Source of the DNA: a virus
Virus record (IMG/VR): IMGVR_UViG_3300037140_000174
Location: 29,070-93,069 of that record
Direction: 5' to 3' (one strand)
Length of the DNA stretch: 64,000 nt
Each line of letters opens with the position of its first letter. Position 1 is the first letter of the stretch. Made by a program: the position numbers and the translations under genes. This document shows, piece by piece, positions 10,243 to 19,504 of this stretch. The notes under the pieces were generated by a model. It made no database searches. It was not told the origin of the DNA and saw only the letters and a list, made by a program, of their open reading frames with translations.

Positions 10243-10614
10243 ATGCTGAAAAAGATCGTTGCACTTACCTTGGCACTTTCCCTCGGTGGATGTGCTGGAT
10301 TCCAAACGTTCCTCACGAATTTGAACACGAATGCCAACCAATACAGCCAACTGGTTGGTAAAGATCTGATCCTGGTCGCGAACATTCTTGTTCAGGCCGA
10401 ATGTGCCCCGGCCACTCAGACTGGTGGGCAGGTTGTGACAAACATTCTTAAGATTGTTGCCCCTAACTCCAAAGCGGCAGCGAGCGTACAGAATGTACTG
10501 GCAACGAATGCTCAGGTAGCTGGCATTTTGTGCCCGTTTGCTTCGGCTATCCAGGCTAGTGTTGGGACGGTGCCCTCTGGTACGCCTACACAAATCATAC
10601 CAGCAACTTCGTGA
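10243..10614 (+). CDS. Lipoprotein (possible spanin component)
   Basis: Signal peptide with LSLGGC lipobox; lysis region. Confidence 0.6.
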   Translation: MLKKIVALTLALSLGGCAGFQTFLTNLNTNANQYSQLVGKDLILVANILVQAECAPATQTGGQVVTNILKIVAPNSKAAASVQNVLATNAQVAGILCPFASAIQASVGTVPSGTPTQIIPATS

Positions 10615-10621
10615 GGGTCAA

Positions 10622-10795
10622 ATGGCAACAGCTAATCAAACCACCACTGTCAAAGCAGCAGTCGTTGCTGTTTTGAATAAGCACTTCGTCTCAAAGCTAG
10701 CCGCTTCTTGGCTGTCTGGGGTAGCAGATGAAATCACTCAGGCTGCTATCAGTGCTTACGAAAACAATGCCTCAACCTCACCAGTCGGAAATTGA
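10622..10795 (+). CDS. Hypothetical protein (57 aa)
   Basis: GAGGG RBS before ATG 10622. Confidence 0.5.
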   Translation: MATANQTTTVKAAVVAVLNKHFVSKLAASWLSGVADEITQAAISAYENNASTSPVGN

Positions 10796-11144
10796 GGAAC
10801 TCAAAGAACGGATTGCTCAGCTAGAGGCTACGCTTTTAGCTGGGCAATCTGATTGGCTTGAATTCGGGCTTAGCACTACAGAGTCACGTTTGTTCGCATC
10901 ACTCATGAACCTGACTTTACTGCATCGTGGATCATTGCAGCTTCTAATGAGGGATACCCATAAGGAAGCAGTAAGTGAAAATGCCGAAACGGTAGCCATG
11001 TATCGTATAAGGAAAAAACTTAAGAAATATGGCATTGAGATAAAATCAAAGACAAGAACTGGCTACTATTTGACCCCACATGACAAAGCGAAAGCGAGAG
11101 CCCTTTTCGGAACAAGACATGGAAACATTGCTAAAGTGGCTTGA
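10767..11144 (+). CDS. Coiled-coil plus OmpR/CtrA-type winged-helix DNA-binding protein (no receiver domain)
   Basis: LS.TE.RLF..L ... RIRKKLKKYGIEIKS....GYYL matches Trans_reg_C pattern. Confidence 0.7.
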   Translation: MPQPHQSEIEELKERIAQLEATLLAGQSDWLEFGLSTTESRLFASLMNLTLLHRGSLQLLMRDTHKEAVSENAETVAMYRIRKKLKKYGIEIKSKTRTGYYLTPHDKAKARALFGTRHGNIAKVA

Positions 11145-11244
11145 TGAGCACGTAACAAAGGATTGGCAGATCGGTCCTGTTCAGTTCGTAGTGTATGTGG
11201 CAGCCATTTTGTTCGTCATAACTGAAATAATCCGGAGAATCTGA
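11119..11244 (+). CDS. 41 aa single-TM peptide (not in ORF track)
   Basis: METLLKWLDEH...FVVYVAAILFVITEIIRRI fills the gap between genes. Confidence 0.45.
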   Translation: METLLKWLDEHVTKDWQIGPVQFVVYVAAILFVITEIIRRI

Positions 11245-11246
11245 TC

Positions 11247-11495
11247 ATGCGTGCATTCGTAGCTTTGTTGCTCTTGACGTCCACTGCTTTCGCGCAGGAG
11301 CGTTCGGCTCCCCTAAGCTTGGCGCAAGCTAGGCAGCTATTGTCCGCCGTTGGCGTGAGCGTAGGTAAGGTTTTTGCGGTCGACCCTACCCCCGGTGCCC
11401 GTTCAGATCGCTACGCCCTTACCCGCTTAGACAGCCACCAAAAGCGCCCCAATGTCTTTCAGCTTGAGATTGAAATAACTCCTCTAGCAAAATAG
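11247..11495 (+). CDS. Secreted hypothetical protein
   Basis: Signal peptide ending AFA; GGAG RBS. Confidence 0.55.
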   Translation: MRAFVALLLLTSTAFAQERSAPLSLAQARQLLSAVGVSVGKVFAVDPTPGARSDRYALTRLDSHQKRPNVFQLEIEITPLAK

Positions 11496-11502
11496 GATCA
11501 AA

Positions 11503-11763
11503 ATGCCCCTGATCTCAATCATAATCGCACTTGTCGGCGGTCAATCTATTGGGGCAATAGCGGCAGGGCTTTCCATAGCTGATTGGATTGGTATCGCAGG
11601 TACGCTAATCTCAGCCGAACCAACTTTGGTCAAAGCCTTTTCAGAACTTCACCCGGCTTTTGATATTCTAGCAAAACACCTAGGTAACGGGGCTGAAGCA
11701 GCGGGGGGAGCTGCCTACCAATCCCTCGGTCCACACTATCACGGAGGCCCTAAAAGCCCATAA
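11503..11763 (+). CDS. Membrane hypothetical protein
   Basis: Hydrophobic N-half; AGGA RBS. Confidence 0.55.
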   Translation: MPLISIIIALVGGQSIGAIAAGLSIADWIGIAGTLISAEPTLVKAFSELHPAFDILAKHLGNGAEAAGGAAYQSLGPHYHGGPKSP

Positions 11764-11787
11764 CGGCGCAAATGCTAGGGGTTAAAA

Positions 11788-12105
11788 ATGAACGATTTTC
11801 TATCTTCTTTATCCCTTGATCCCAGTGCGTTAGTAGCCGGTGCTTTAGGTGGGGTGGTTGCAATCTTTGCGTTGAGGCAAACGAAACCGTTCGATGCAGT
11901 GGGTAGTGTACTCATCGGAGCTATTCTAGGCAACTATTTATGGGGTCTGACGTTTAAGTGGTTAGCATGGGTGCCTGTAACCCCTTCTCTCGCTCAAGCA
12001 TTGACGGGGATGGGCGGTATGGGTTTTGCCCAAGCGATCATAACCCTAATGAAGAATGCACCAGCAATGTTACAGCAGCGAAAGGACACAAACAATGAGC
12101 CCTGA
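11788..12105 (+). CDS. Holin-like three-TM protein
   Basis: AG.LGG.V, GA..GNYL and GMGG pattern typical of phage holins. Confidence 0.6.
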   Translation: MNDFLSSLSLDPSALVAGALGGVVAIFALRQTKPFDAVGSVLIGAILGNYLWGLTFKWLAWVPVTPSLAQALTGMGGMGFAQAIITLMKNAPAMLQQRKDTNNEP

Positions 12106-12448
12106 TCTTGCTGCTCAATTGAGCGGTTCTCTCCCTTACGTGTTCTCAATTTTGGGGGTAGTGGTTTTCGTACTTAGTTTGATGGTATCTCAGCAAATAG
12201 GACTGGATCCTAATCGGATACCCCCTTGGTGCCACTTGAAGCGAGCTGGGGTCCTCTTGTTAGGAATAATTTGCTTAGCAGATGCTTTTCAGCTAAGCAC
12301 AGTGCCAACTTGGCACCGATTTTGGGGAATGCTATCCGTAGTTATGATATTAACTGGATCAGCATTTTCAAGAAGTACAGATGGTAAGATAAGAAGCAAA
12401 TTCAGAATACGTTCTGAAACCGAAGTAATAAAGAAAGCGATTTTCTAA
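12095..12448 (+). CDS. Three-TM membrane protein
   Basis: AAGGA RBS, hydrophobic helices, basic tail. Confidence 0.55.
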   Translation: MSPDLAAQLSGSLPYVFSILGVVVFVLSLMVSQQIGLDPNRIPPWCHLKRAGVLLLGIICLADAFQLSTVPTWHRFWGMLSVVMILTGSAFSRSTDGKIRSKFRIRSETEVIKKAIF

Positions 12449-12470
12449 GCTCGGTCTCCTCCCACCAACT

Positions 12471-12503
12471 GCCCTCGTCATTAATTTGACGGGGGCTTTT
12501 TTA
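12471..12503 (+). terminator. Rho-independent terminator ending the late/lysis operon
   Basis: GCCCTCGTCA...TGACGGGGGC followed by a T-tract. Confidence 0.85.
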
Positions 12504-12551
12504 TTCCTGGCGTATTTAGGGGGTGTGCCCTAGTTTTTTAGGCATGACTAA

Positions 12552-13199
12552 ATGGAGAAAAGCATGAAACTAAAACCTAACCAAAAATGGACTCAAGACG
12601 TGGTTGATGAAGTCAGGGCTTGTGCAGCTAGAACCCTGTCTTCTGGGGAAACTGCAAAATACATTAGCGATAAACTTGGAAAGTATCTTTCACGAAACAC
12701 TATTATTGGGATTGCTATGCGAGCAAAACCAGTAATCACTTTTGGTGCTCGTCCGCCTCGTGGTGGTAAGAAACGGCAAAAAGTAATTACGCTAACGGCA
12801 CCCAAGAAAATTGAACTTAAAAAGGAGACCGTTAACAACTCTGGTATGAAAGCCATCAACATCAGGCGTAAGCGTGCCAAACTTCTTGAAGAATTACCTG
12901 CTGAGATAGTTGTTGCACCGGAGCCTATTGTTGTTGATGAAGATAAAGCTTGCACAGTATTGGATCTTACATCCAAAAATTGTCATTACCCGATGTGGGG
13001 TGAAACCGCAGGACCTTATGTGTTCTGTGGGTTGCCAACGGCAAAGAAGCCTTACTGTGCTGTTCACAGGCGAATCGCTGGACGTCAATACAATACTTCT
13101 AAACGTGACCCATCAGCGTCCTTGACGGCAGTAATAGTGCCTGAGAAGCCGCCAAAGTCCAAGGACGAATGGTCAACCATGAATACCCGCTTACGCTGA
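12552..13199 (+). CDS. gcrA: GcrA cell-cycle regulator homologue
   Basis: WT.....L...G/LS...IA.....SRN.IIG N-terminus; L.DL....C.YP.....FCG......PYC..H C-terminus. Confidence 0.85.
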   Translation: MEKSMKLKPNQKWTQDVVDEVRACAARTLSSGETAKYISDKLGKYLSRNTIIGIAMRAKPVITFGARPPRGGKKRQKVITLTAPKKIELKKETVNNSGMKAINIRRKRAKLLEELPAEIVVAPEPIVVDEDKACTVLDLTSKNCHYPMWGETAGPYVFCGLPTAKKPYCAVHRRIAGRQYNTSKRDPSASLTAVIVPEKPPKSKDEWSTMNTRLR

Positions 13200-14671
13200 T
13201 CTGAAGCACGTTCGGCTAGCGTTTCAGCTAGATCAAGAACGCCTGTTGGGCTTAAATGTGCGCTGGGTTCATCAAAAAATTCTATGGAGTTGATGAGCCC
13301 AGCCTTTTCCATGATTAGATTCGCTAACCCCAAATCACCGGCTAGGCTCAACCGCTGAATCTCACCCCCGGACCAGGCTTCAAACTTAACTGGTTCTGCG
13401 TGCCCTGGGGAACGGATCAGGACTACAAAGCCTTTGGTGATGCCACCCGACTTGTTTTCCCGCTCAATGTCAAATTCTACAGCCCAATCAGTGAGCCCAA
13501 GATTGGCTAGATTGTTGTTTACCTCGATTTCAAGCTGACGAAGTGATTCCTCAACAATAATAAGCCGAATACGCTTGAACCCAGTGACCCAGAAGCTGAC
13601 AGCTACGTGCTCTTCCTCAACTTTAGTTATCTGCTGGGCTATAGATTCAATTTTATCTTTTACAGCCTTTAAGCTGGAACGCTTCTCAGCTATCAGTGTT
13701 GAGAAGTGATTCTCACGTTTCATCTCTTTTGAAATTGAAGACTTCAAGTCACTGATTTGGGATTCACGGTCTTGTTCCCAGCGTGTAAGCCTGCGAAGCT
13801 TATCCTCAAAATCGGATTTGTTTTGCTGAATTGCTTTTAAGTCGGGATTTGGTACTTTCTGATTGCAGGTCGGGCACAAGCCTTTGCCAGCGTGCTTTGC
13901 AATCCTAGCCTCTAAGCTAATTAGAACTTTTTTGACGTCCTTAATCTCTTTTTCTTGGTTATCCTTTATGATTAAGGATAACTGCCGCTCAAGATCCTTG
14001 ATTGCAGCATTTTGGTTCTCAGTGAAATTGGCTTCCTTATCCTTAAGGATTGAGATATCGTCCTTGATCGTTTCAATCTGACCCTTATGCTTGGCTAAGA
14101 TCAGTTGGAATTGTGACTTCTCAGCAGCTAGTTCCTTTGCTTTGTCATCTGCAAGCTTGCTCTTATCCAGCCAATAATCAAGTTCCAGGATTTCTGAGAA
14201 CAGGGTCAGCTTATCAGCAGGTTTGAGATCAAAAAATGAATCCCCGAACTGTGGCAGGATAACTGAATGGACAAAAGCTTCAGGAGTCAGCCTGAGGTAC
14301 TTTTGTAGCCCGTCCTGCTCAATAGGGCGGTCACTGGCTGCGTCTGCTTCGAGCGTCAGCCCATTAGGGCTTTGGCTTCGGCGCACCCTGAGCCTTTTGT
14401 GGCCTATTGTGAGGGTGACGGTTACGGAACAGCTTTTGGCCCCCCAAGAAACTACATCACCAGCCTTAAGGCCTCTTAGTGTCCGGCCGTATAGGCACCA
14501 AAAAATAGCATCTAACAGTGATGATTTCCCACACCCATTGGTTTCTAGCCGTGGGTTATCTTCATTGCGCCCGGTGAGGCTATATAAGCCACTTCGTTTT
14601 GGCACTTTAAAGACATGTTCCCCAACATATGATCGAAAATTATCCAATATTACTTCATGGATATCAAACAA
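13085..14671 (-). CDS. sbcC: SbcC/Rad50-like recombination ATPase
   Basis: NFRSY, NGCGKSS Walker A, CPTC zinc hook, SGGE signature, FFDEP. Confidence 0.9.
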   Translation of the reverse strand: MFDIHEVILDNFRSYVGEHVFKVPKRSGLYSLTGRNEDNPRLETNGCGKSSLLDAIFWCLYGRTLRGLKAGDVVSWGAKSCSVTVTLTIGHKRLRVRRSQSPNGLTLEADAASDRPIEQDGLQKYLRLTPEAFVHSVILPQFGDSFFDLKPADKLTLFSEILELDYWLDKSKLADDKAKELAAEKSQFQLILAKHKGQIETIKDDISILKDKEANFTENQNAAIKDLERQLSLIIKDNQEKEIKDVKKVLISLEARIAKHAGKGLCPTCNQKVPNPDLKAIQQNKSDFEDKLRRLTRWEQDRESQISDLKSSISKEMKRENHFSTLIAEKRSSLKAVKDKIESIAQQITKVEEEHVAVSFWVTGFKRIRLIIVEESLRQLEIEVNNNLANLGLTDWAVEFDIERENKSGGITKGFVVLIRSPGHAEPVKFEAWSGGEIQRLSLAGDLGLANLIMEKAGLINSIEFFDEPSAHLSPTGVLDLAETLAERASDQRKRVFMVDHSSLDFGGFSGTITAVKDADGSRLEVLY

Positions 14672-15650
14672 GCAGTTTACTTCCAGCTTTTTTGATGTTA
14701 TTCGCTACTTTCTCGGCTTTACAGAAGTCAGTAAACACTTCCTCACGGGTTCGTGAAGTGCCCGGCTCAAGCTTCGTTCGTTCTTTGCGCTTTGAAGGGG
14801 CTACTTTCAGATCAACCCCATATACGTCCACACCCATTTCCGCACAAGCTTCTAAAGCACGCCGTTTGTGAGCAGCCCATTCAACGACTTCTTCTCGTGC
14901 TAATTCAATCATGACCTTGACTTGATCCCCTTCACGCAGGTCTTCGTTATCAAGTATCTCATCTGCGTCATGAATTTGCAGCACCCATTTATGAGGCGCT
15001 GGAAAGTACAGGTTCTGTTCCTTGCCATTTTTAATGATCAATACTCTTGGAGAAAAATCATCTCCGAATCTTACATGGTAGGGAGCCCCCACATAAGTTA
15101 TGCCGCCCACCCGTTGTGGTCGGTGTATGTCCCCTGCCCAGGCACCTAGGGGTCGTTTTGTCTCAATAGCTGCTGCGCTCAAGCCCGACAAACGGGCTCC
15201 TGTTTCAGCAATGGCCCCGTCTAACGCCTGATGAAGAACTACTCCTGGAGCTTTATCAGGAATTATGCTGGCAGTCTTATCCAAAGCTTGTTGGTTCGGT
15301 TGATGTGGAATCATAGCCATTCCATGCTCTTTAAGGAATGTGGGCTCAACTACGAACTCAACCCCTTCGATGCAATTCAAGAACTTAAAATAAGGATTGT
15401 CTGGGTCGATAAAGTCATGATTACCCTTGAGGATGTAGATTGGTGGCTTCAGCCCAATCAGTTCGTCAATTATCCTGTTTACTAGCTTTGACGAATGTTT
15501 ATCCTTTTTCTCCGTAATGTCACCAAGTATAAAGGTAGCCGTGGTGTTGTATTTCTGTTGCTGCTTCGCGAGCCACTGGAATAGTTCAAATCGGTGCTCA
15601 TCCCGAGCACGATCGCTTAAATGCAAATCTGAAGTTATCAGCCAAGTCAC
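14664..15650 (-). CDS. sbcD: SbcD/Mre11-like metallophosphoesterase nuclease
   Basis: DLH, GD, GNHD and GDIH motifs; coupled to sbcC. Confidence 0.9.
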   Translation of the reverse strand: MTWLITSDLHLSDRARDEHRFELFQWLAKQQQKYNTTATFILGDITEKKDKHSSKLVNRIIDELIGLKPPIYILKGNHDFIDPDNPYFKFLNCIEGVEFVVEPTFLKEHGMAMIPHQPNQQALDKTASIIPDKAPGVVLHQALDGAIAETGARLSGLSAAAIETKRPLGAWAGDIHRPQRVGGITYVGAPYHVRFGDDFSPRVLIIKNGKEQNLYFPAPHKWVLQIHDADEILDNEDLREGDQVKVMIELAREEVVEWAAHKRRALEACAEMGVDVYGVDLKVAPSKRKERTKLEPGTSRTREEVFTDFCKAEKVANNIKKAGSKLLV

Positions 15651-16114
15651 TTCTTGGTCATCCTCAAAAGCATGGCGTTACTTCTAGCTAGGTTTTGAGA
15701 CAATTGACCTGTTCTGTTTCTCATGGTTGTGCTTATGATCTCACCCATCATTCCAGCCCCTTGTTTGACTGGTTTCCAAATTTTTAGGTTCTTACCAGAG
15801 GTAAGATAACCCAATCCTGATGGTTTATATAAACACTTATCCGGCCATTCGGGTTCAAGCTTATTGAGTGAATAACTTTCATATTCAGGAACTGATCGCA
15901 TCCTGATGAATTGATCGTCAGCAATTAGGGCCTGCATAGGTTTACCCATATGAAGGCCAACACGCATCCTGATTAGGATTGTCTCTCGAAAACCTTTTAA
16001 CCTAAGCGGTATTTCACCCCTATTGTTAGACTCAAAGTGAGCCCATGTCATGCCCTTTGATCGGCGCATTTCCCTTTCAATTTCTTCAGCGGTTCTCATC
16101 TCTTTGGTTTCCAT
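15647..16114 (-). CDS. Hypothetical protein, paralogue of 16096..16470
   Basis: W.HFE...RGEI ... MRVGL..G.P.QA.I shared. Confidence 0.6.
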   Translation of the reverse strand: METKEMRTAEEIEREMRRSKGMTWAHFESNNRGEIPLRLKGFRETILIRMRVGLHMGKPMQALIADDQFIRMRSVPEYESYSLNKLEPEWPDKCLYKPSGLGYLTSGKNLKIWKPVKQGAGMMGEIISTTMRNRTGQLSQNLARSNAMLLRMTKK

Positions 16115-16470
16115 AGGGCAGTGAAGTGTTTCGGTGATTTGGGTGATTGTTTCCAGTCGTTAGGATATAAATTGTCATTGGGACAATTTGGGTTCAATTT
16201 AGTCAGCACACACTTATCGTCAATATAGTGTTGTGCTGATTTAGTTCGGATTATGTGCCCCCGAAATATAATGGCCTGTACTGGCCTTCCAAGGAACAAC
16301 CCAACTCTCATATAGAAGGTATAACCGCGTGTGTGAATCTCACCCCTATGAGTGTTCTCAAAATGATCCCAGCTAAAATACTGACCAAGAATTGTCTCGA
16401 TAGCTTCGATAAGATTCTTCTCATGCTCCTCTTTTGCGGCTTCCCAGTAGGCTAAGGCGGAATCGCGCAT
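16096..16470 (-). CDS. Hypothetical protein, paralogue of 15647..16114
   Basis: Shared motifs as above. Confidence 0.6.
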   Translation of the reverse strand: MRDSALAYWEAAKEEHEKNLIEAIETILGQYFSWDHFENTHRGEIHTRGYTFYMRVGLFLGRPVQAIIFRGHIIRTKSAQHYIDDKCVLTKLNPNCPNDNLYPNDWKQSPKSPKHFTALWKPKR

Positions 16471-16958
16471 TTTAGAAAATCCTCGAAAAGCACTACCCTC
16501 AGGTTCATTTTTGGTACGATGATGATTGAGTACTTCGGTAGCTGAAGCGCCTCAATGCCGGCCAAGGTTAAACAGGCTACGGTTGGCTGTCTATTTTGTT
16601 TTGCGATAAGCAGTGGTAATTTGCCATATCGCTTAGCCTGCATCTTAGCTTCGTTCCAGAAGTCAACTAAGTGTCCTCGGTTACTCAACAAACCAACATA
16701 GTCTAGGTTCGCGTATGCCTTTACCTCTACCATGAATTTAGAGATGAAAATGTGGCCAGCAGGATGGATACAGGATATATCCCCAGCCTGTGCCGCCATA
16801 CGCTTCCCTTTGGCGTGAGCCACTGTGGAGCGCCCACCACTAGTTGCGCTTCTCCAAAACACATCCTCCTGTTTGCCATCAGTTATCCACATAGATAATT
16901 TTGTGCATATTAATCTTTCAAATGAAGAACCCTTCCTTTTTCCTCCTCCAGAAATCAT
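16452..16958 (-). CDS. Holliday junction resolvase, PD-(D/E)xK (Hjc/T5 D14-like)
   Basis: KRKGSSFER, RS..SGG, GDI, VEVK. Confidence 0.8.
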   Translation of the reverse strand: MISGGGKRKGSSFERLICTKLSMWITDGKQEDVFWRSATSGGRSTVAHAKGKRMAAQAGDISCIHPAGHIFISKFMVEVKAYANLDYVGLLSNRGHLVDFWNEAKMQAKRYGKLPLLIAKQNRQPTVACLTLAGIEALQLPKYSIIIVPKMNLRVVLFEDFLKCAIPP

Positions 16959-17482
16959 AATACGTGCTTCCAATGATTTCCTTTTAATATGCTTCTTAAG
17001 GTTCCTCTAGAAATTTCAAATTTAGCAGCCAAATTCTCCTGACTTATCCAAATCCCACTATCCCGTATTTTTCTTATTTCGCGTACTTTCTCAGGGTTCA
17101 GCTTCGTCTTATGATTCTCAAACCATTTAACTCCAGGCGGATTTTTATTCGTCCCATTTCTGACACTATCTTCATGATTGTGAGTCTGGGTCCCCCATTT
17201 CAGATTTATTTCTGAATTATTCTCTCTATTGTCATCCTTATGAAGGACGTATGGGTAACCATATTTATTTGGAACAAAATGTATCCCAACGAGGCGATGA
17301 ACCATTATTTTTGTGCCTACGTTGTTCTTGTATAGTGTTACATACCTATATCTGCACCTCGTTCCAGGACCTCCTGATTGTTTCTTAGGTTTATGGGTAC
17401 CAACACATCTAACATTTCCAATGTTCGAAACTTCATACAGCTTCACATAACCTTGAATTGGTACCCATCTTTCTTTGATCAT
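16955..17482 (-). CDS. NUMOD4-HNH homing endonuclease
   Basis: E.W..I.GY...YEVSN.G.VR; VHRLV..HF; H.DD...NN...NL.W. Confidence 0.9.
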   Translation of the reverse strand: MIKERWVPIQGYVKLYEVSNIGNVRCVGTHKPKKQSGGPGTRCRYRYVTLYKNNVGTKIMVHRLVGIHFVPNKYGYPYVLHKDDNRENNSEINLKWGTQTHNHEDSVRNGTNKNPPGVKWFENHKTKLNPEKVREIRKIRDSGIWISQENLAAKFEISRGTLRSILKGNHWKHVL

Positions 17483-17488
17483 TTAAGG

Positions 17489-17917
17489 CTATCCCTCCCG
17501 CCAAGCAATGACCCCGGACGTAGAACGCGGCCTAGTTCGTACCGCGTGACTGTCATTGCCAGATATGGCTAGGACTACTCCAGGTTTGATCACTGCAATG
17601 ACTTTGAAGACATGGTGGGGCATTACCCCAATAACCCCAGGAGCTGGCCCAGGGGCTGCATGACCCCAATGTTCCCAATTGCGGGCGAGATTATACTCAA
17701 CCCCAGGATCGCTGCCAACAAGTCTACGCATTTCCCAGCCACACCAAGCGGAAGGCCGACCATCACGGCTTGCCACGGCAACTTGTGAAGAGTGATGTAC
17801 AAGTAACTTGTAGTGAGCGTGGGCTACAACAAAACTCTTACCGTGATGGTGGTACTTATGAGCTTGTGCTCCTGAGCTAATGAAAAGCGCGAATAGGATC
17901 AAAACTACGGTCCGCAT
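17489..17917 (-). CDS. Secreted CHAP/NlpC-like cysteine hydrolase of Rhizobiales type
   Basis: Signal peptide, His-rich linker, AWCG...A..W..WG, HHV, SGN. Confidence 0.6.
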   Translation of the reverse strand: MRTVVLILFALFISSGAQAHKYHHHGKSFVVAHAHYKLLVHHSSQVAVASRDGRPSAWCGWEMRRLVGSDPGVEYNLARNWEHWGHAAPGPAPGVIGVMPHHVFKVIAVIKPGVVLAISGNDSHAVRTRPRSTSGVIAWREG

Positions 17918-18047
17918 TCGTGTCTCCTTTTTAATGGTAACGGCCTGCCCCGGCAGCTTACGAGATGCCTAGTGATACTCTCTACGAGACGCCTAGATCG
18001 TAAAGTGACCGTGAGCGGGGCCGGTCCAGGGCGTCTACCGTTTCGGT

Positions 18048-19070
18048 TTAACCATACTTTTTTCTTGTAGGCAAGAACGTGACTTCAATCTCAGACCAAG
18101 CCTTCTTAACCGCCTTTGACACCGAAGCTTGTTCTTTCCTGTAGTCAGTATTACTCAATTTATCAAGTTCTTTGAGGTAGTCCTTTACCTGTGCCTCAGA
18201 AAGGTCGATATCAGCTAATCGGCCCACTTTCTTCAGCCAATCAACTGATGCCCCCATATCGTCAATACCATAACCGAATATAAAATCGAATTCAGCTTCT
18301 CGGAATGGGAGCCCCACTTTGTTCTTCTTTACCTTACCCTTTATCCCAACCCCGTAAGGACGCTCAACCTTCTTAATTGTGCGTTTGATTTGCCCCATAT
18401 TGGCAAGCCACAGGATCTGACTTGCGTAGAAATCCAATGCACGGCCACCTGAGCGTTTGTGCTTTTCCCCCATCATAGCTCCAATATTATCCCTGACCTG
18501 GGATATGATTAGGAGCAGCACTTTTGCCCGTTTAAGCTTTTCAGTAGTGGTTCTGAAGAACTGGCTTAGAGCCTTAGCCTTGGCTGTGCCATAGGTGCCC
18601 TTGCCAATGTCAGTTTCCATTTCAGTTTCATCTGAAAGGGAATCAAGGCTATCAAGGATGTATATCCCAGGTTCACCACTTTTGATTTGTTTATCTAGGA
18701 ACCTGTTTACGTCCCTGGCGAACTCTTCAACCGTGACAAACGGATTATCAATATTGCCGAAATCAATCTTCTCTAACGGCAGGCCCATCGCAGCGGCATA
18801 GTCATGCTCAAAGGCAGCCTCAGCGTCGCGGTAAGCTGCAGCTCCACTGGGGTATGCCTGGACAAAATTGATCAATGCTTCAGTACCTAAGGCGGTTTTC
18901 GCGGTGCTCCGGTCACCCACAATGTTGGTGACTTTCCCGAGAGCATATCCTCCTCCCAAGGCGCAATCAAGAACTGTGCAGCCAGATGGGATAAAGCTGA
19001 TAGCTTCCTTATCTTCTGCGAAATAGGAGGTTTTCTCAGCTTTAAGTGTTGCCCTGGTTCTTTTGGCCAT
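18048..19070 (-). CDS. recA: RecA-like recombinase
   Basis: LD.ALGGG, GDRSTAKT variant Walker A, DAE, LDS, SQVRD, GG.AL.FYAS, KNKV..PF. Confidence 0.9.
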   Translation of the reverse strand: MAKRTRATLKAEKTSYFAEDKEAISFIPSGCTVLDCALGGGYALGKVTNIVGDRSTAKTALGTEALINFVQAYPSGAAAYRDAEAAFEHDYAAAMGLPLEKIDFGNIDNPFVTVEEFARDVNRFLDKQIKSGEPGIYILDSLDSLSDETEMETDIGKGTYGTAKAKALSQFFRTTTEKLKRAKVLLLIISQVRDNIGAMMGEKHKRSGGRALDFYASQILWLANMGQIKRTIKKVERPYGVGIKGKVKKNKVGLPFREAEFDFIFGYGIDDMGASVDWLKKVGRLADIDLSEAQVKDYLKELDKLSNTDYRKEQASVSKAVKKAWSEIEVTFLPTRKKYG

Positions 19071-19071
19071 T

Positions 19072-19320
19072 TTATCCGAACTTTGGTGCTTTATCGTAAG
19101 CAACCTTGAATGTTTCAGTACACACTTTGACTAACTGTTCTTCTGTCATCAATGAATCTACGGCAAGCACTGAGGCTACATCAAGCATGGCGATTGTGAA
19201 TAAGCGTTGAAATTGCACACCATCCAAAGTGTTCCCATTTTGCAATTTCATGAAAAGAGCTTTTAACTCTTCGACCAATTCACAATGCACGTTGTATAGC
19301 TCACTTTCTTTCATCGTCAC
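19072..19320 (-). CDS. Hypothetical protein
   Basis: Operon-packed ORF. Confidence 0.55.
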   Translation of the reverse strand: MTMKESELYNVHCELVEELKALFMKLQNGNTLDGVQFQRLFTIAMLDVASVLAVDSLMTEEQLVKVCTETFKVAYDKAPKFG

Positions 19321-19504
19321 GCCTTTTCAATAATTCAACCCAAGAAGTGAACCCAGCCCGTTCAATAAGCGCCGCTTGCTTTTCCCAACGCGCATAAGGA
19401 ATCTCGTCATTCATGACTTCGTTGAGGGGGCGTTTGTCAGCCCATTCAGGGGTTCTCCCCGCCCTCCTCAACTGTTCTGTTCTGCGGTTAGTCGTCATCC
19501 TCAC
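19301..19504 (-). CDS. Hypothetical protein
   Basis: Operon-packed ORF. Confidence 0.45.
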   Translation of the reverse strand: MRMTTNRRTEQLRRAGRTPEWADKRPLNEVMNDEIPYARWEKQAALIERAGFTSWVELLKRRDDERK

